Assembly (NCBI GenBank): GCA_038887515.1 | Contig: JAWAKK010000002.1 | Coordinates: forward strand, 288,001-352,000 | Length of the DNA: 64,000 bases | From: Candidatus Nezhaarchaeales archaeon | Lineage (GTDB): Archaea > Thermoproteota > Methanomethylicia > Nezhaarchaeales > WYZ-LMO8 | Direction: 5' to 3' | In this document: positions 60,454-64,000 of the stretch, in pieces | Position numbering within the stretch: position 1 is the stretch's first letter | Layout: the number at the start of each line of letters is the position of its first letter | Notes under the pieces: model-generated | What the model was told of the DNA's origin: nothing | What the model saw: only the letters and a program-made list of their open reading frames with translations | Databases searched by the model: none | Translations under genes and position numbers: made by a program

Positions 60454-61179
60454 TTACTTGATGAGATTTTTCAGGTCACTTCTTGAAAGTATTTCCCTTA
60501 TGATTTTTGATGTGCTACAAAGCTTATGCTCTTTGTAAGACTCTCTTAACCTCACGACTTCTACCCTTAAGCCTCTCTGTTCTAGCTCTCTTCTGAGTTT
60601 CTCTTCATCGAAGTTTTGGTTTGGTCCAAGCATTATAATATCGGGTTTTATTTCCTCGACTATTCTAAGCATGTCTTCCCCTTCATTCCCCAAAAACGCC
60701 TCTTTAACTCCTTTAATGCTTCTAACCACCTCCAACCTCTGTTCCTCCGGTATTATTGGTCTTCTTCCCTTGAACTTCTCGACTGTTGAATCTCGTGCAA
60801 CAACAACTATTACGTCTCCTAATTCGGCTGCCTTTGATATCAAGTATATGTGGCCCGGGTGTATTATATCAAAAACTCCTGCAATCATTACTTTCTTCTT
60901 CGTCACAAATCTCCCCCCTCCATCAACTTCAATTAAATCTAACAATTTAAGTGAATCTAATAGACCTTCGCAGTAGGCTATACAGACGTAACTTGTAGGA
61001 TAGTCCCTTATCGCTGCGTAATATTTAGCATCTTCATAATATCGCTTTGCGTTATCGATTATCCTTTCTACTTGGATCCTTAGGTTACTGGATGGTCTTG
61101 ACCTCAAGTTCCTTAGGGTTTTTTCGACGTAATTGAAGTACTTTAAGAGCCTCTCGTCGTCGCTTTTTGAATAACTCAT
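60454..61179 (-). CDS. DUF357 domain fused to FAD synthase/cytidylyltransferase (RibL-like)
   Basis: AKRYYEDAKYY...YCEGLLD, then GVFDIIHPGH, VVARD, LGPNQ, STSKI. Confidence 0.85.
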   Translation of the reverse strand: MSYSKSDDERLLKYFNYVEKTLRNLRSRPSSNLRIQVERIIDNAKRYYEDAKYYAAIRDYPTSYVCIAYCEGLLDSLKLLDLIEVDGGGRFVTKKKVMIAGVFDIIHPGHIYLISKAAELGDVIVVVARDSTVEKFKGRRPIIPEEQRLEVVRSIKGVKEAFLGNEGEDMLRIVEEIKPDIIMLGPNQNFDEEKLRRELEQRGLRVEVVRLRESYKEHKLCSTSKIIREILSRSDLKNLIK

Positions 61180-61181
61180 GG

Positions 61182-61949
61182 TTAATCCTCCATGCCCGCA
61201 AGGACTTTAAGCGCTTCGTGTTCCATGAAGTGGAGCGATCCAGGCACGACTATGATGTGAGGTGGAGGGCCAAAGTCGTAGTGAAGGAGATTTAAGAGCT
61301 TAGACGCTTTCACGATCATATTGTTCCAGCAAGCTCTCGCAACTCCAACCATTAGCATGTTACCATCTATTACGCCTTCTCTCCTACGGGTCTCAACTTC
61401 GAGGAGTATAGTTAGTGCCTCATTGATGGTCATAGCCCTACCATTCTCAACGTCTAAGTACAGTAGGGTGTGGAGACCTCTGGACTTATTGTCCTTTATG
61501 GAGTCGTAGGCAGCGTTATTTGGCCCCTTATCTGGAAAGACTATGGTGGCAGCCCTCCCAAACTTATAGCTCGATAAACCGGTTAAGCCGGGTATTACGC
61601 TTAGTATGGAGGCGGAGGGTACGTACTTCACCTTAATTCCCTTCTTGACGGCTTCTACCATTAAAGCTATATGAGTCGTAGCTATAAAGGGATCCCCTAT
61701 TACGAGAAGCGCTACATGCTCTTTTTCGGCTAACTTTAAAACCTCTCGAGCTCCACCGCCCTCTAAATCGGACCTGCGAAGTAGTTTTAACTTCTTGCCT
61801 ATTAACGATTGGAGTGCATGCAACTCGCTATCTGGAATTAGGCTCGTGTAAGTGTCTACGAGTACGTGATCGGCTCTCTGAGCTTCGTAAATTCCCTCAA
61901 TGGATAAACCCCTAGCTGTCAGCCCTACGCCTATGAAAGTTAGGCCCAG
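61182..61949 (-). CDS. dph5: Diphthine synthase (start extended to CTG 61949)
   Basis: LTFIGVGL...DTYTS upstream of the ORF-track start; GDPFIATTH, YKFG, LHTL, GPPPH. Confidence 0.93.
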   Translation of the reverse strand: MGLTFIGVGLTARGLSIEGIYEAQRADHVLVDTYTSLIPDSELHALQSLIGKKLKLLRRSDLEGGGAREVLKLAEKEHVALLVIGDPFIATTHIALMVEAVKKGIKVKYVPSASILSVIPGLTGLSSYKFGRAATIVFPDKGPNNAAYDSIKDNKSRGLHTLLYLDVENGRAMTINEALTILLEVETRRREGVIDGNMLMVGVARACWNNMIVKASKLLNLLHYDFGPPPHIIVVPGSLHFMEHEALKVLAGMED

Positions 61950-62016
61950 CTATTTTCACCTCAATATTTATGTGTTCTCCTGCGTGAATTGTTAAGAAGG
62001 TTCGGGAGATAATAAA

Positions 62017-62994
62017 ATGCTATTGCAACCAACAGCTCCAACTATTATAAATCTATTGAAACAGCAGAAATACCAGCTTATTGGTAGTAGGAAGACGGCC
62101 GCCGTCAAGAAATGCCACTGGCTTCACATAGCTCTAACTAGTGACAGATTTTGTTATAAGAACTGGTATGGAATTGAGAGCCACAGATGTATACAAATGA
62201 CTCCAACGCTGGCTTGTCCAAACAGTTGTCTCCATTGCTGGAGGATTGAAAAGGGCGATCCCAATACCATTTCTTGGGCGGAAGACGACTTCATGACATA
62301 CGACGACGAGAAGACCCTTTTGGACCAAGCCATTAGGGCCCAGTTCAGGATATTAAGCGGTTATAAGTCAAACCCAAAGGTGATAAGGGAAAGGTACATC
62401 GAAGCTCTACATCCAAAACACATTGCAATAAGTCTTGCTGGAGAACCAACGCTTTATGAAAGGCTTGGAGACTTCATAGAACTTTGCAGGAGCAAAGGTT
62501 TCACGACATTTCTTGTAACTAATGGTATGTACCCTGAGAGACTAATGAAGCTACTAGATAGGGGGCAACCTTCACAACTTTACGTGTCTGTAAACAGCTC
62601 TTCAAGTGAAAAATTCGAACTGCTTTCAAGATGCAGCTTAGCTGATGGGTGGCAGAAGTTGATACGTAGCCTAAGGCTCCTTAAGGACTTCAAGTGTCCC
62701 TCCGTTATTAGGATAACTTTAATTAAGAACGTAAACGACCATGAAGCCGACTTAGAGGGGTTCTCAAAACTTTTGTCTATTGCCGAGCCTTGGTACGTAG
62801 AGGTAAAAGGTTACATGTACTTAGGATTTTCTAGGTTTAGGTTAAAGCTCGATAACATGCCCAAACATAGAGAGGTGCTCGACTTCGCAAAAAAGTTAAG
62901 TGCGATAAGCGGCTACAATATTGTCGCTGATAGTATTGGCTCGAGGGTAGTACTGCTCTCGAGGGTTGGCCCTCCTCTTAAAGTTAAACCATAA
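62017..62994 (+). CDS. taw1: 4-demethylwyosine synthase Taw1 (TYW1)
   Basis: VKKCHW, CYK..YGIESHRC, CPNSCLHCWR, ISLAGEPTLY, EVKGYM. Confidence 0.95.
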   Translation: MLLQPTAPTIINLLKQQKYQLIGSRKTAAVKKCHWLHIALTSDRFCYKNWYGIESHRCIQMTPTLACPNSCLHCWRIEKGDPNTISWAEDDFMTYDDEKTLLDQAIRAQFRILSGYKSNPKVIRERYIEALHPKHIAISLAGEPTLYERLGDFIELCRSKGFTTFLVTNGMYPERLMKLLDRGQPSQLYVSVNSSSSEKFELLSRCSLADGWQKLIRSLRLLKDFKCPSVIRITLIKNVNDHEADLEGFSKLLSIAEPWYVEVKGYMYLGFSRFRLKLDNMPKHREVLDFAKKLSAISGYNIVADSIGSRVVLLSRVGPPLKVKP

Positions 62995-62995
62995 G

Positions 62996-63643
62996 CTACT
63001 TTATTGTCTCGAAAGTTTCTTCCGCTCGGTCTTTAGTTATCATTAAGATATCTATACCATCACCGCTCAGAGCGTCTCTCTCGATTGCCGCTCTAACGGC
63101 CTTTACGGCTAGGTTCCTTGCCTCTTCTATCGTCAAGTCTTTTTTATAGTTGGATTCTAGCACGCCTATAGCTATGGTGGAGCCACTACCAAGAGATGCG
63201 TAGTCGTCTTCTATTAGTGAGCCGATAGCATCTAATACATATAGGCGAGGACCAGTCTCATCCACTCCGCCAACAAGAGTCTCGCTTATCAGAGGCATGT
63301 ACCGTTGGCTGAAAAGTATGTTAGCGAGTAGCTTAGCAGCGGCCTTGATAGGCATCTTCCTATTCAAGTCCAACTCGTAAAGCTTAACCTCAGCCTTTAA
63401 GCTCCTAGCTATTGCTTGCATGTCTCCTATCAATCCCGCACAAGCTATCCCCAGGTAATCAGTTATCTTGAAGACTTTCTTCGCTGACTTGCTTGTAACA
63501 GTGAAGCCGTAGCTGACCCTCTTTTCTGATGCAAGTACTACCCCATCACCAACCCTTATGCCGACGGTGGTGGCACCTAACGCCCAGTAGGGGCTTATCT
63601 GATCGTCATAAACGTTGTGTTTAATACTATACATGAAGCGCAC
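62996..63643 (-). CDS. psmB: Proteasome beta subunit
   Basis: TTVGI, DGVVLASEKR, GSGS, RDALSGDG. Confidence 0.93.
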   Translation of the reverse strand: MRFMYSIKHNVYDDQISPYWALGATTVGIRVGDGVVLASEKRVSYGFTVTSKSAKKVFKITDYLGIACAGLIGDMQAIARSLKAEVKLYELDLNRKMPIKAAAKLLANILFSQRYMPLISETLVGGVDETGPRLYVLDAIGSLIEDDYASLGSGSTIAIGVLESNYKKDLTIEEARNLAVKAVRAAIERDALSGDGIDILMITKDRAEETFETIK

Positions 63644-63739
63644 CTGCCTAATTTACTCTAGGAAACCTTGTTTAAATCTTTTGGAGGTTGACGAGTGGTT
63701 AATAAAGACCTTTGAGAGTATCCGAAAGTAGAGGCCATT

Positions 63740-64000
63740 ATGGTAAAGGAACAACCATTCAGTAGGATCCCTGAAATACCGTCATCCGAGCAACTAATAG
63801 ATGTAGCCTTTAGGAAAGCTTCTCGAATAACAGTTAAAGTACCGACTAAGAGGGATAAACTGTTGATAGCTAAACTAAGGGAACTAACTAAAATCAGAAC
63901 GGTCGCTTCAGTCATAACTGATAGACTAAAAAAAATTAAGGGATCCATACCATCTATAGATTCACTTCACCCTTTCTATAGGGACATGTTTTACTTAATG
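63740..64000 (+). CDS. Nog1-family GTPase, N-terminal part (runs off window end)
   Basis: PFSRIPEIPSSEQLIDVAFRKAS...PSIDSLHPFY. Confidence 0.85.
   Translation, partial: MVKEQPFSRIPEIPSSEQLIDVAFRKASRITVKVPTKRDKLLIAKLRELTKIRTVASVITDRLKKIKGSIPSIDSLHPFYRDMFYLM

Noticed and set aside
1-64000. CRISPR arrays, inteins (atpA, mcm, rfc) and IS elements
   Set aside because: No regularly spaced repeats, in-frame insertions or transposase ORFs seen by eye

Overview
Archaeal chromosome segment, most consistent with a TACK/Thermoproteota organism (Elf1, GINS23 next to MCM, a BHB intron in cbf5, a multi-intron tRNA). It is mostly housekeeping genes: 5S rRNA, 10 complete tRNA genes, pyrB/pyrI, atpFAB, RNA-processing genes, a Hel308-MCM-GINS-RFC-Cdc6 replication cluster, and the rpl15-secY-cbf5 end of the ribosomal superoperon. 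The most interesting stretch is about 46.9-50.3 kb, directly after tRNA-Ser. It holds (i) an unannotated 26-aa precursor-like peptide (..CEVGGGLTHYIM..) immediately upstream of a CbpB-like radical SAM/SPASM enzyme, and (ii) a decayed copy of the 51.9-57.1 kb block whose only perfectly preserved part is a tRNA-Thr(GGT) 5' half with its own promoter. Other items absent from the ORF track: a two-intron tRNA-Trp whose intron carries C/D guides, three C/D-box sRNAs, apparent ATC and CTG start codons, small Cys-rich ORFs, and three 1-nt homopolymer frameshifts (including cdc6) that may be sequencing errors. No CRISPR array, integrase or transposase was recognised. All family assignments are by eye from motifs; no searches were run.
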